Shown: positions 34,203 to 42,990 of the stretch, in pieces
Layout of the letters: the number at the start of each line of letters is the position of its first letter
Position numbering within the stretch: the stretch's first letter is position 1
From: Pseudolabrys sp.
GTDB taxonomy: Bacteria > Pseudomonadota > Alphaproteobacteria > Rhizobiales > Xanthobacteraceae
Direction: 5' to 3'
Length of the DNA: 64,000 nt
NCBI GenBank assembly: GCA_035760805.1
Contig: DASTSG010000047.1
Coordinates: 1,924 to 65,923 of the forward strand
Program-made: the position numbers and the translations under genes
The notes under the pieces: model-generated
What the model was told of the DNA's origin: nothing
Database searches by the model: none
What the model saw: only the letters and a program-made list of their open reading frames with translations

Positions 34203-35564
34203 ATGGGTCTGTTTGGCGTTCTCAATACGGCCGTCAGTGGTTTGCAGGCGCAAGCGTTCGCGATGCAGAACATTTCCGGCAACATCGCCAATTCTCAAAC
34301 GACGGCGTACAAGGGCATCAACACCAATTTTGTCGACCTGATTCCGGATGCGGCCCTCGGCTCGCAGACAGCCGGCGGCGTGCTGGCGCGATCGGATCCG
34401 ACGAACTCGACGCAGGGGGTTATTCAGAGCGCAACCGTCGGCACGTTCATGGCCATCAATGGCGACGGCTTCTTTGCGGTCAAGCAGCAGACGGGCACGA
34501 ACGGCACCACGCCTATTCTCGACAGCGGTGAACTGTACACGAGACGGGGCGATTTCCAGTTGAACAGCCAGGGCTATCTGGTCAACGGCGGCGGCTACTT
34601 TCTTGAGGGAATTCCGATCGATCCGGACACGGGGAATCCGATCGGCAGTGCACTCTCGCCGCTTCAGTTCAACAATTCCTTTTTGCCGGCGCAGGCGACA
34701 AATCAAATCATCTACGGCGCCAATCTTCCTGCTTTCCCGCTCACGACGAATGCCGATCCTGCGGTTCCGGGTTCGGAGCTTCTGAAGGCGGCCGATTTCA
34801 CGACGTCGGACCCGACAGCCAGCATTGTCGGCAGCGAGGTTCCGACCTTCCTCGATGAGTCGCTCGATGGCGGCACACTCACGGTCTATAACGGCACCGG
34901 CGCACCGGCGAACATCCAGTTCCGCTGGGCGAAGGTGGACGATTCGGCGACCGGCACCGCCGACACGTGGAATCTATTTTACCTGACCAATTCGTCGGCC
35001 ACGGGCGCCACGCCCGCATGGATCAACATCGGACAAGATTTCACCTTCGACGGCTCGGGCCAGCTCAATCCGGCTGTCGCCTCGAAAGTGCTTACCGGCG
35101 TCACCATTGACGGCAACACGATCGGTGACGTCACGCTGTCGTTCAGCGGCGGGCTTACGCAATTTTCCAGCAACAATGGCAGCACGACGGTCAATTCGTT
35201 GCAGCAGAATGGCTATGCCGCCGGACAATTGGTTTCGCTTTCGGTTGGCAACAACGGCCGCATCTCGGGCAGCTTCAGCAATGGCAAGACGGTCGATCTC
35301 GCCGAGGTCCCGCTGTTCAGCTTTGCCAGCCCGAACAGCCTGAAAAGCCTCGACGGCGGCGGCTTCCAGGTCACGGCGGATAGCGGGCCGGCACTCACCG
35401 GCGCGAGCGGAAACATCGTCGGCGGCTCGCTGGAGGAATCCAACGCCGACATTGCCGATCAGTTCACCAAGCTCATCGTGACGCAGCAGGCATATTCCGC
35501 GAACACCCGGGTGATCACGACCGCCAACGAGATGTCGCAGGATCTCCTGAACATGCTGCGCTAG
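34203..35564 (+). CDS. flgE: flagellar hook protein FlgE
   Basis: Inside ORF 34107..35564. ATG 34203 (MGLFGVLNTAVSGLQAQ) has GGAGAGA SD. Conserved N-terminus and C-terminus (LIVTQQAYSANTRVITTANEM). Confidence 0.9.
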   Translation: MGLFGVLNTAVSGLQAQAFAMQNISGNIANSQTTAYKGINTNFVDLIPDAALGSQTAGGVLARSDPTNSTQGVIQSATVGTFMAINGDGFFAVKQQTGTNGTTPILDSGELYTRRGDFQLNSQGYLVNGGGYFLEGIPIDPDTGNPIGSALSPLQFNNSFLPAQATNQIIYGANLPAFPLTTNADPAVPGSELLKAADFTTSDPTASIVGSEVPTFLDESLDGGTLTVYNGTGAPANIQFRWAKVDDSATGTADTWNLFYLTNSSATGATPAWINIGQDFTFDGSGQLNPAVASKVLTGVTIDGNTIGDVTLSFSGGLTQFSSNNGSTTVNSLQQNGYAAGQLVSLSVGNNGRISGSFSNGKTVDLAEVPLFSFASPNSLKSLDGGGFQVTADSGPALTGASGNIVGGSLEESNADIADQFTKLIVTQQAYSANTRVITTANEMSQDLLNMLR

Positions 35565-35594
35565 CGGCGGATCACGCGAGATGAAGTGTAGGCC

Positions 35595-37451
35595 ATGAGC
35601 CTGACGCAGGCGCTTTCCACGGCACTGACCGGATTGACTGCGGCGCAGACTGCGCTGTCTGTCACGGCTGGCAACATCGCCAATGCGCAAACGCCCGGGT
35701 ACGTGCGCAAGCAAGCCGTCCAGGTCGAAACCGCATTCGGTGCCACGGGCATCGGCGTTTCCATCACCGAAATCAATCGCGTGCTCGACCAGTTTATCCA
35801 GCAGCAGTTGCGGACCGAATCATCGGGCGCGGCCTACGCCGATTTGAGCGCGAATTTCTATCAGCAAATCCAGAGTGTCTACGGACAGCCCGGATCCGAC
35901 GGATCGCTCGAAACCATCTACAACAATTTCACGACGGCGCTGCAAGCGCTGACGACGAGTCCGGATGACCCGTCCACGCAAGCGGCCGTTATCGGTGCCG
36001 CGCAGGTTGTTGCGCAACAACTCAACGCCATGACCGATGGCATCCAGTCTTTGCGCGCTCAGGCCGAACTCGGAATTTCCGCAGACGTCACCGCAGCCAA
36101 TAACGCGATTCAGCAGATCGCCGAACTCAATCAGCGCATCAGCGGCTCGACGCAAAACGACGCAACCAGCGCGGCGCTCGAGGATCAGCGCGACCGTTAC
36201 ATCGCCCAGTTATCGCAGCTGATGGATATCAAAGTTATCACGAACAATAACCAGGTGTCGGTGTTCACCAGCTCCGGCGTTCAACTTGTCGGCCTGAGCG
36301 CGGCGCAGCTGTCGTTCGACGCGCAAGGCGCGGTAGCGGCGCAATCGCAATGGAGTGCCGATCCGTCGAAATCGACGCTCGGCACTATAACGTTGACGGC
36401 GCCCAACGGATCGACGACGGACCTGATCGCATCCGGCGGAATTCATTCGGGCGAGATCGCCGCCTATTTGCAGATGCGCGACCAGGTTCTGGTGCAGGCG
36501 CAAAATCAACTCGATCAATTCGCTGCGGCGATGTCGAGCGCCCTGTCGGATCGGCACACCGACGGAACTGCCGTTACGTCCGGCGCGCAAAACGGGTTCA
36601 CCATCGACACGGCGCCGCTGCTTGACGGGAATTCGATCACCATCAACTACACTGATACGGCAACCAATACGCCGCATACGCTAACACTGGTACGCACTGA
36701 CGACTCCACGGCTCTGCCCCTCTCGAATGACGCAACGCTCGACCCCAACGACACAGTTGTTGGCATCGATTTTTCCAGCGCTACGCCGATTCTGACACAG
36801 ATCAGTGCAGCGCTTGCGGGGACAGGCATGACCGCAAGCCTGTCCGGCACGACGTTGCAAATCCTCGACGATGGTGCCGCGGATACGGTCAATGTCGATA
36901 GTGTGTCGTCGACCACGACCGTAACCTCCCTTTCGGCCGGCACGCCGCAGCTGCCCTTCTTCCTGGACAACAATCAGCCTTACAGCGGCGCGAACACCGG
37001 AGCGGGACCCCAAAGCGTCGGTTTTGCCGGTCGCATCAGCGTCAATCCAGCGCTTATCGACGATCCGTCTGCGCTGGTTTCGTTTCAGCCCGGCACGGCG
37101 GCAGCCGATGACACGCGGCCGCAGTTTATTTTCAATCAAATGACCGCTTCGGCGCTGCAGTACTCACCGTCGTCTGGAATTGGATCGACGACGGCCCCCT
37201 TCACCGGTTCGCTTGGAAGTTATCTGCAACACATTATCAGCCAGCAAGGACAGGCAGCAACGGACGCAAATAATCTCAAGCAGGGCCAGGATGTCGTGCT
37301 GAATTCGTTGCAGCAGCGATTCAATGCGAATTCCGGTGTCAATATCGACGAGGAAATGACGAACCTGCTCAACTTGCAAAACGAATACGCTGCCAATGCG
37401 CGCGTGATGTCCGCAGTCAAGGATATGATCTCCGCGTTATTGCAGATGTGA
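35595..37451 (+). CDS. flgK: flagellar hook-associated protein 1 FlgK
   Basis: ORF track, 618 aa. N-terminus LTGLTAAQTALSVTAGNIANAQTPGY and C-terminus DEEMTNLLNLQNEYAANARV. Confidence 0.9.
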   Translation: MSLTQALSTALTGLTAAQTALSVTAGNIANAQTPGYVRKQAVQVETAFGATGIGVSITEINRVLDQFIQQQLRTESSGAAYADLSANFYQQIQSVYGQPGSDGSLETIYNNFTTALQALTTSPDDPSTQAAVIGAAQVVAQQLNAMTDGIQSLRAQAELGISADVTAANNAIQQIAELNQRISGSTQNDATSAALEDQRDRYIAQLSQLMDIKVITNNNQVSVFTSSGVQLVGLSAAQLSFDAQGAVAAQSQWSADPSKSTLGTITLTAPNGSTTDLIASGGIHSGEIAAYLQMRDQVLVQAQNQLDQFAAAMSSALSDRHTDGTAVTSGAQNGFTIDTAPLLDGNSITINYTDTATNTPHTLTLVRTDDSTALPLSNDATLDPNDTVVGIDFSSATPILTQISAALAGTGMTASLSGTTLQILDDGAADTVNVDSVSSTTTVTSLSAGTPQLPFFLDNNQPYSGANTGAGPQSVGFAGRISVNPALIDDPSALVSFQPGTAAADDTRPQFIFNQMTASALQYSPSSGIGSTTAPFTGSLGSYLQHIISQQGQAATDANNLKQGQDVVLNSLQQRFNANSGVNIDEEMTNLLNLQNEYAANARVMSAVKDMISALLQM

Positions 37452-37458
37452 GGCTCTT

Positions 37459-38961
37459 ATGACCGTATCCAGCGTCGGTAGCGTTTCTTCCAGCATGTTG
37501 CAGTCGATTCTCGACATGCGCTCGCAGCTCGACGATTTGCAACGCCAGCTCGGTACCGGCGAGAAATCCGATACCTATTCAGGGCTCGGCCTCGGCGCCG
37601 GTCTCACAGTCAGCCTCAACGCGCAACTGGCTGCGCTCAACAGCTACGGCGATACGATCGGCCTGGTCACCACACGGATCGGCGTGGCTTCGACTGCGCT
37701 TCAGCAGATGGCGTCCTACGCGAGCGAAGTGAAAAGCTCGATGCTCTCGTCTCCGTTCGATCCTGACGACACCGGGCAAACGACGACACAAAAAATTGCC
37801 ACTGCGGATCTCGGCAGTTTCCTCGGTCTTCTCAATACCCAGGTCGGAAATCGGTACATTTTCTCCGGACAGGCGACCGATCAGCCGTCGGTCGATACCA
37901 TGGACCACATTCTTAACGGCAATGGTGCGCAAGCCGGCCTGAAGCAAGTAATCCTGGAGCGCAACGAGGCAGACCTTGGCGCGGATGGGCTCGGACGGCT
38001 GGCCATCACCGCGCCGACGACGACTTCGGTGTCGCTCGCGGAAACGCCGAATGGAACAGCTTCGCCGTTCGGGCTCAAGCTCGCCGCCGTGACGTCGAAC
38101 CTGACTGGCGCAACCGTGACCGGTCCGGGCGGCTCGCCGCCGGCGATTTCGGTCGACATCACCGGCACGCCCGCTGACGGTCAGACCATCAAATTCCAGT
38201 TCAATTTGCCGGATGGCACGAGCGACAGCATTACTCTGGAGGCCGTCTCCGGCACGCCGGTCAGTCCAAACCAGTTCGTGGTAGGGCCGACGCCCGACGC
38301 CACCGCGTCCAATCTGAAAGCCGCTCTCACGTCTGCGCTTCAAACCTTCGGGCAAACGACGCTGAGCGCAGCATCTGCGGTGGCCGCTTCCGACAACTTC
38401 TTCGACAATCCGCCGCAACGCGTGAACGGCGCGCCGCCGTCGAGCTCCACAGCTCTTGTCGATGGCACGCCGGCCGATACAGTGACCTGGTATACGGGCA
38501 GCAACACGACCGGCTCTGCACGTTCCACCGCGACCGCAAAGATTGATCAGTCGATTACCGTCTCATACGGAACGCAGGCCAACGAGCAAGGCATCCGAAA
38601 GGCGCTGCAGAATATTGCGACGGCTGCTGCCGTTACCTACTCACCGACCGATCCCAATGCCGCGGCACGCAACCAGGCCTTGTGCGTTCGGCTCAATGAC
38701 GCACTCAGCGCCCCGCCCGGCACGCAATCGATTCAAAGCATCCAAACGGACCTTTCCAACGCACAATCTGCGATGACCGCCGCGGCTGCGCGTCAGCAGC
38801 AGACGGCGAATACGTTGACCGATCTGCTACAAAAAGTTTCGACCGTGCCGCCCGAGCAGGTCGGGGCCCAGATCCTCGCGCTGCAAACATCTTTGCAGGC
38901 ATCGCTGCAGACGGCCGCCATGCTCTCGCAGATCAGTCTGATCAATTATTTGCCAGCGTAA
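37459..38961 (+). CDS. flgL: flagellar hook-associated protein 3 FlgL (long, flagellin-fold)
   Basis: ORF track, 500 aa. It sits directly after flgK and has a flagellin-like N-terminal helix (LDDLQRQLGTGEKSDTYSGLG) and C-terminal helix. The assignment rests partly on synteny. Confidence 0.75.
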   Translation: MTVSSVGSVSSSMLQSILDMRSQLDDLQRQLGTGEKSDTYSGLGLGAGLTVSLNAQLAALNSYGDTIGLVTTRIGVASTALQQMASYASEVKSSMLSSPFDPDDTGQTTTQKIATADLGSFLGLLNTQVGNRYIFSGQATDQPSVDTMDHILNGNGAQAGLKQVILERNEADLGADGLGRLAITAPTTTSVSLAETPNGTASPFGLKLAAVTSNLTGATVTGPGGSPPAISVDITGTPADGQTIKFQFNLPDGTSDSITLEAVSGTPVSPNQFVVGPTPDATASNLKAALTSALQTFGQTTLSAASAVAASDNFFDNPPQRVNGAPPSSSTALVDGTPADTVTWYTGSNTTGSARSTATAKIDQSITVSYGTQANEQGIRKALQNIATAAAVTYSPTDPNAAARNQALCVRLNDALSAPPGTQSIQSIQTDLSNAQSAMTAAAARQQQTANTLTDLLQKVSTVPPEQVGAQILALQTSLQASLQTAAMLSQISLINYLPA

Positions 38962-39083
38962 GCCCGTACGGCGTTCCGGACGCCGCCAACGGGTTCGCGC
39001 GAAGCGCGGCCCGGTGACAGGCTCCGCGGCGATCCGGACCCACAATCCGTGTCGCAATTTCGTATGCGATACTGCGAATACCG

Positions 39084-39117
39084 ATTCCGGGTTCGCGCCT
39101 TCGGCGCGCCCCGGAAT
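39084..39117. repeat. REP-like hairpin (ATTCCGGG...CCCGGAAT), probable transcription stop between convergent flgL and flaF
   Basis: ATTCCGGGTTCGCGCCttcgGCGCGCCCCGGAAT is near-perfectly self-complementary and shares termini with the element at 1178-1216. Confidence 0.5.
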
Positions 39118-39143
39118 AACGATCAAAGGATTTCGTCGGTCTG

Positions 39144-39509
39144 CTACGCCGCGTCGCGTAGGCCGGCGGCGAGCTCACGGTTGATCGAGATCAACGAATT
39201 GAGCTGCTTCGGCTGTGGATTGCTCAGCGCGGCAAGCGTCTGTTTGACCACGAACAGGCCGATGTTGGCGACGTTTTGCCGGATGTGAGACGGAAGCGGA
39301 TTGGCCTTGGACGTCACCTCGCTCAGGAAAAGCGTCCAGAGCTTGCGGTTGTAATGGAGCGCGTCATTGAGATCGCCGCGCTTTGAGTCCCACGAGTCCC
39401 GAACCGCCTGCAATCGCGACGCTGCCTGGAGCAACAGATCGGCTTCGAGCGCCCTTCGGCTAACGCTCGCTCTGGCGATTTTTTCGTAGGTCTTCGCGCC
39501 GCTTTGCAT
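39144..39509 (-). CDS. flaF: flagellar biosynthesis regulator FlaF
   Basis: ORF track, 121 aa. FlaF-family sequence (YEKIARASVSRRALEADLLLQAASRLQAV...NRKLWTLF). Overlaps the flbT 3' end by 50 nt. Confidence 0.85.
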   Translation of the reverse strand: MQSGAKTYEKIARASVSRRALEADLLLQAASRLQAVRDSWDSKRGDLNDALHYNRKLWTLFLSEVTSKANPLPSHIRQNVANIGLFVVKQTLAALSNPQPKQLNSLISINRELAAGLRDAA

Positions 39510-39885
39510 GAGTGAGAAGCTCCTGTTCGTAAGCGATCAGCTTTCGGGCATCTTTCAACGCGTTATACAGTTGCCCCGTTAATATTTTGTTGTTGATGAT
39601 TTCGATTTGCGGCCAGACGCTCGGCGCTGCTTCGAGCAGGTCTTTCACCAGCGCGAAATAAGTTTGATGGTACGCGCGCGGATCGCGTGCGGTGTACATC
39701 AGCTGGATCGCGAGATAGAGGCGCTTGGCCGGGCTGTCGGCGCGCGCCTTGGTCATGATATCCTTTTCGCGCAGGATCGGGGCAGCCCCGTCGATCAGAA
39801 AACGCGTGCGCTGATTGCCGTTGGTGATGACGCACTCGCCGATCAGGATGCGTTCGCCGGGCTTAAGTTCAACCTTGAGGGCCAT
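39460..39885 (-). CDS. flbT: flagellar biosynthesis repressor FlbT
   Basis: ORF track, 141 aa. MALKVELKPGERILIGECVITNG...TRFLIDGAAPILREKDIM is the FlbT signature. Confidence 0.9.
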   Translation of the reverse strand: MALKVELKPGERILIGECVITNGNQRTRFLIDGAAPILREKDIMTKARADSPAKRLYLAIQLMYTARDPRAYHQTYFALVKDLLEAAPSVWPQIEIINNKILTGQLYNALKDARKLIAYEQELLTHAKRREDLRKNRQSER

Positions 39886-40071
39886 GACGTTCTCCTCGGG
39901 TGCGTCGTCGACTGACGTTACGCGGAAGCGAATGTCTGCACTTGCATTGCCTGGTCATGCGCAGGTCAGGCACGCGTATCCATCGAGAAAAGAAAGACCA
40001 ATTCAAGACGATGGATTGCCGGATCGACCCGGCAACGGCCCATGCGGCGCGCCCGGCAGCGACGACCATGG

Positions 40072-40116
40072 CTAAAAGCAAAAACGGCGGGGCCCAGGCC
40101 CCGCCGTTTCTTTTTC
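40072..40116. terminator. rho-independent terminator after flagellin (bidirectional shape)
   Basis: aaaagcaaaAACGGCGGGGCccagGCCCCGCCGTTtctttttcg: an 11-bp GC stem with U-runs on both strands, 17 nt after the flagellin stop. Confidence 0.75.
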
Positions 40117-40132
40117 GTCATGCCGGCAGCGG

Positions 40133-41635
40133 CTAGCCGAACAGGCGAAGCACCGACTGGTCGGCCTGAGCGGACAGCGACAACGCTGTGGTCGACAGCG
40201 ACTGGCGGGTCTGCAAGGCGAGCAGGTTGGCGCTCTCCTCGTTGGTGTCGGCGAGAACAAGGTTGTCGGCACCGACCTGCAGCGTGTTGATCATGTTCTT
40301 CGTGAAGTCCTGGCGCGTCTGCACGATCGACAGCTGCGAGCCGAGGGACGAAGCCTGGGTGCGCAGCGTCGTCAGCGCGTCGTTGAGCGTCGTGGACATC
40401 GCATCGAGCGAGGTATTGCTCGCGAAGTCGGTGTCGGCCTGAGTGTTGATGCCCAGGTTGGTGCTGTTGATCGCGAACGCATTGCCGCTCGAATCAGTCG
40501 CCTGCACGTCGATCGAGCTCGAACCGTCGGCGTTGAACTTGACGGTCAGCTTGTCGCCGTTGAGCAGGTTGACACCGTTGAAGCCGGAGTCCTTGGCCAC
40601 GCCGTCGATCTGCGTGAGCAGGTTGTTGAACTGGTTCAACAGGTTCTGACGTACGCTGCTCAGCGTGTTCTGCGTGCCGGCCGCGAGGGTGGCGGAGTCC
40701 GACACGTCGCCAGTGATGTTGCCGCCGGAAATACCGTTAACGGTGATCGCCGTGGTGGTCAGGTTCTGGATCAACAGGTGGTTCGTGGTAGAGTCAATCG
40801 AGGCCTTCACCTTACCGGCCAGCGACGCATTGCTGTTGATCGCGGTGACGATCGCACTGAGCGAGTCGTTTGTGACGTCCGCCGGCGAACCGTCGCTTGA
40901 CTGGGTGTTGCCCGCGCCGAAGCCAAAGTCGGCGGCTGCTGTGCCACCGACGGTGATCTGTTCGCCGCTGCTGTCGGTCAGCTTAATTTGGCCGCCCTCA
41001 AGACTTGCGCTGATAGTTGAGCTTGCGTTTGACAGATCGGTATTGATCTGATCGACGACGTCCTGCGCGGATTCGGTGCCATCAAAACTGGTCATCGTGA
41101 TGGAGACGGCGGCACCGCTACCGCTTTGGATCGTGAGTGTGCTACCGGTTTCATCATTTGTAAAGTCGGCGCCCGTTCCCGTCAGCGTGCTCGGAACTGC
41201 TGGGACGTCTGTACCCGTGCTGATGTCGACGTTGTTGCCGCCGATCACGAACCTCAACGTCGTTTTGCCGTTGGTCGAGTTGTTGGCTGCGACATCGGTG
41301 GCTGTGCCGGCTGTGACAGCAGGCGTCGTCGAGTCGGCGCGGGCCTGAGATACCGTCGACTGCAGCTGCTGCACCAATGACGTGATCGAGGTGATGCCGT
41401 TATTGGCCGCCTGGATCGTCTGAATGCCGTTCGCCATCGCGTCGAGCAGATTGCTCAGGTCGTTCGCCTGCGCGTTCAGGGATTGAGAGGTGAAGAAGTT
41501 CAGCGGATTGTCGAGGGCCGAGTTGACCTTCTTGCCGGTGGCAAGACGGTTTTCTGTCGTGGCCATCAATTGAGCCGTGTTCTGCAGAGAGAGCAGGTTC
41601 TGCCGAACGCCGGCTGAGAGCGTAATATCGGACAT
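40133..41635 (-). CDS. fliC: flagellin (500 aa)
   Basis: Inside ORF 40133..41698. ATG 41635 (MSDITLSAGVRQNLLSLQNT). Conserved flagellin N and C helices (QTRQSLSTTALSLSAQADQSVLRLF) flank a Thr/Ser/Gly-rich variable core. Confidence 0.9.
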   Translation of the reverse strand: MSDITLSAGVRQNLLSLQNTAQLMATTENRLATGKKVNSALDNPLNFFTSQSLNAQANDLSNLLDAMANGIQTIQAANNGITSITSLVQQLQSTVSQARADSTTPAVTAGTATDVAANNSTNGKTTLRFVIGGNNVDISTGTDVPAVPSTLTGTGADFTNDETGSTLTIQSGSGAAVSITMTSFDGTESAQDVVDQINTDLSNASSTISASLEGGQIKLTDSSGEQITVGGTAAADFGFGAGNTQSSDGSPADVTNDSLSAIVTAINSNASLAGKVKASIDSTTNHLLIQNLTTTAITVNGISGGNITGDVSDSATLAAGTQNTLSSVRQNLLNQFNNLLTQIDGVAKDSGFNGVNLLNGDKLTVKFNADGSSSIDVQATDSSGNAFAINSTNLGINTQADTDFASNTSLDAMSTTLNDALTTLRTQASSLGSQLSIVQTRQDFTKNMINTLQVGADNLVLADTNEESANLLALQTRQSLSTTALSLSAQADQSVLRLFG

Positions 41636-41747
41636 GTCCGTAACCTTTCTGGTTGCCGTACTGGCGCTAGTACCCGTGCCGATCCCCCTGATCGGCACGA
41701 TGTGCCGCGAACGTTACCCATGGCGGCGTAATGCAGCGTAAAAGAAG

Positions 41748-41755
41748 ATGGTTAA
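41748..41755 (-). promoter_or_regulatory. CtrA half-site TTAACCAT upstream of flagellin
   Basis: The plus strand reads ATGGTTAA, i.e. TTAACCAT in the gene orientation, 113-120 nt upstream of the flagellin ATG. Confidence 0.4.
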
Positions 41756-42169
41756 TGAATACCGCAGGGCACGCGTGATGCATTAAACGCTTCGGTAACG
41801 ATGTCGTTTAAGCTTTGGGTAACGATCGGGCGCGCGTTCAGTGCCAGGTGGAAGCGAGGCCTGCCGCCCCGTCCGAACGAAACGCGCAAGCCCGCCTGTC
41901 CTTCGACGACCGAGCTTTGGTCTGAGAGCGCGATGTGGTCGGCTTGGGCATAGAGCGCCATGCGGCCTTCGCGCCATTCAAGACCGGCACCAGAGATCGG
42001 TGGTGAGTGTCGCGCCGGACCGCAGCGCCGACGACTTTGAGGAGCGCGGCGAGCTCAAGCTATCGCGCACGCAACAACTGGCGCGCCCGCCGTCTCCCAC
42101 GTGCATGCGTTGACGTACCGGTCGGCTTCGCTTCCGCTCAGCCACACCCTACGGACGTCCGCCGACTAT

Positions 42170-42658
42170 CTACAGCACCCGGCTCAGCGCCAGCGGCCGG
42201 CCGGCTTTGGGGCCCGGCGAATTGGTGCGGCCGGACGCGCCATAGGTCTGCGGTACATGCTTGCGGGCAAGCTCGCCGGAAACGCCGCGGATAATGCCCT
42301 CCGAAACAGCATGGGCGGTCGCGAGCACGGTCAAATTGATTTGCAACAGCGCATGAAAATTGTCGTGGCGCCTTCTAAGGGCGGCGAGCGCATCGGGCAG
42401 GGACTTCGACAGGAATTCGCGGCTGATCTTGATGCGAATGGTTTCGGCCGCGTAGGCGCGGGCAAATTCGGCCTTTGCCGGCTCGAGCGCCGCCGCTTCG
42501 TGCAACTGACCCGCGCGAACGAGTGCGGTTTCTTCTTCCACCGTCGCCAGCAGCGAGTCCATGATGCTTTCGAGGTTCGCAATCACCGCGTTAGCCTCGC
42601 TCACGCTTTCGATCGGACGTGCCGAAGTGTGCGCTTGCGCCGGACGAGGTGCGCTCAT
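42170..42658 (-). CDS. FlgN-like flagellar chaperone family protein (FlbY position of the flgI operon)
   Basis: Inside ORF 42170..42769. ATG 42658 has AGGAGA SD and an ATGA overlap with the upstream gene. Helical pattern MDSLLATVEEETALVRAGQLHEAAALEPAKAEF resembles FlgN. The assignment is tentative. Confidence 0.55.
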   Translation of the reverse strand: MSAPRPAQAHTSARPIESVSEANAVIANLESIMDSLLATVEEETALVRAGQLHEAAALEPAKAEFARAYAAETIRIKISREFLSKSLPDALAALRRRHDNFHALLQINLTVLATAHAVSEGIIRGVSGELARKHVPQTYGASGRTNSPGPKAGRPLALSRVL

Positions 42659-42990
42659 TGATGCGTCTCCTGTGTTGCCATCAGTGAACGATAGACATGG
42701 TCGGCAAGTCCGATGCCGCCGGCCTTGGCAAAGCTGCGGGCGTATTGATCCGTGAGCATGGAGCGCCACACGCCGGTTGCGCCGGAACCGCCGAACGGCC
42801 CGTCGCCATCGATGCCCGTGTACATTTGCTGAAACATGGTGTTGAGAAACACCGCCTCGAAGTTTTTCGCGGCAGCGCGGGCTTTGGCTTGCGTCAGGTC
42901 CGCGCTCTTCGGCAGCGTGGCTGCCGATTGCTTCATCACATCGAGTGCGCTCAAGCTCGGCGCAGTGAGGGTAAGATCCGCGCTCATCAC
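42655..42990 (-). CDS. flagellar rod-binding protein (FlgJ N-domain/CheL-like)
   Basis: ORF track, 111 aa. Rod-binding motif AAKNFEAVFLNTMFQQM is present. Its start overlaps the flgI stop by 4 nt. Confidence 0.8.
   Translation of the reverse strand: MMSADLTLTAPSLSALDVMKQSAATLPKSADLTQAKARAAAKNFEAVFLNTMFQQMYTGIDGDGPFGGSGATGVWRSMLTDQYARSFAKAGGIGLADHVYRSLMATQETHQ

Noticed and set aside
39460-39509. The 50-nt overlap of flbT and flaF, considered as a mis-called flaF start
   Set aside because: There is no alternative in-frame start near the beginning of the conserved FlaF sequence (YEKIARAS...), so the overlap appears genuine.
41666-41681. A sigma54-like element (CGGCACGGGTACTAGC on the minus strand) directly upstream of flagellin
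   Set aside because: The GG-to-GC spacing is 11 rather than 10 and the -12 region is TAGC, so I do not call it a promoter. The same bases belong to the GGCAC dyads reported as a separate finding.
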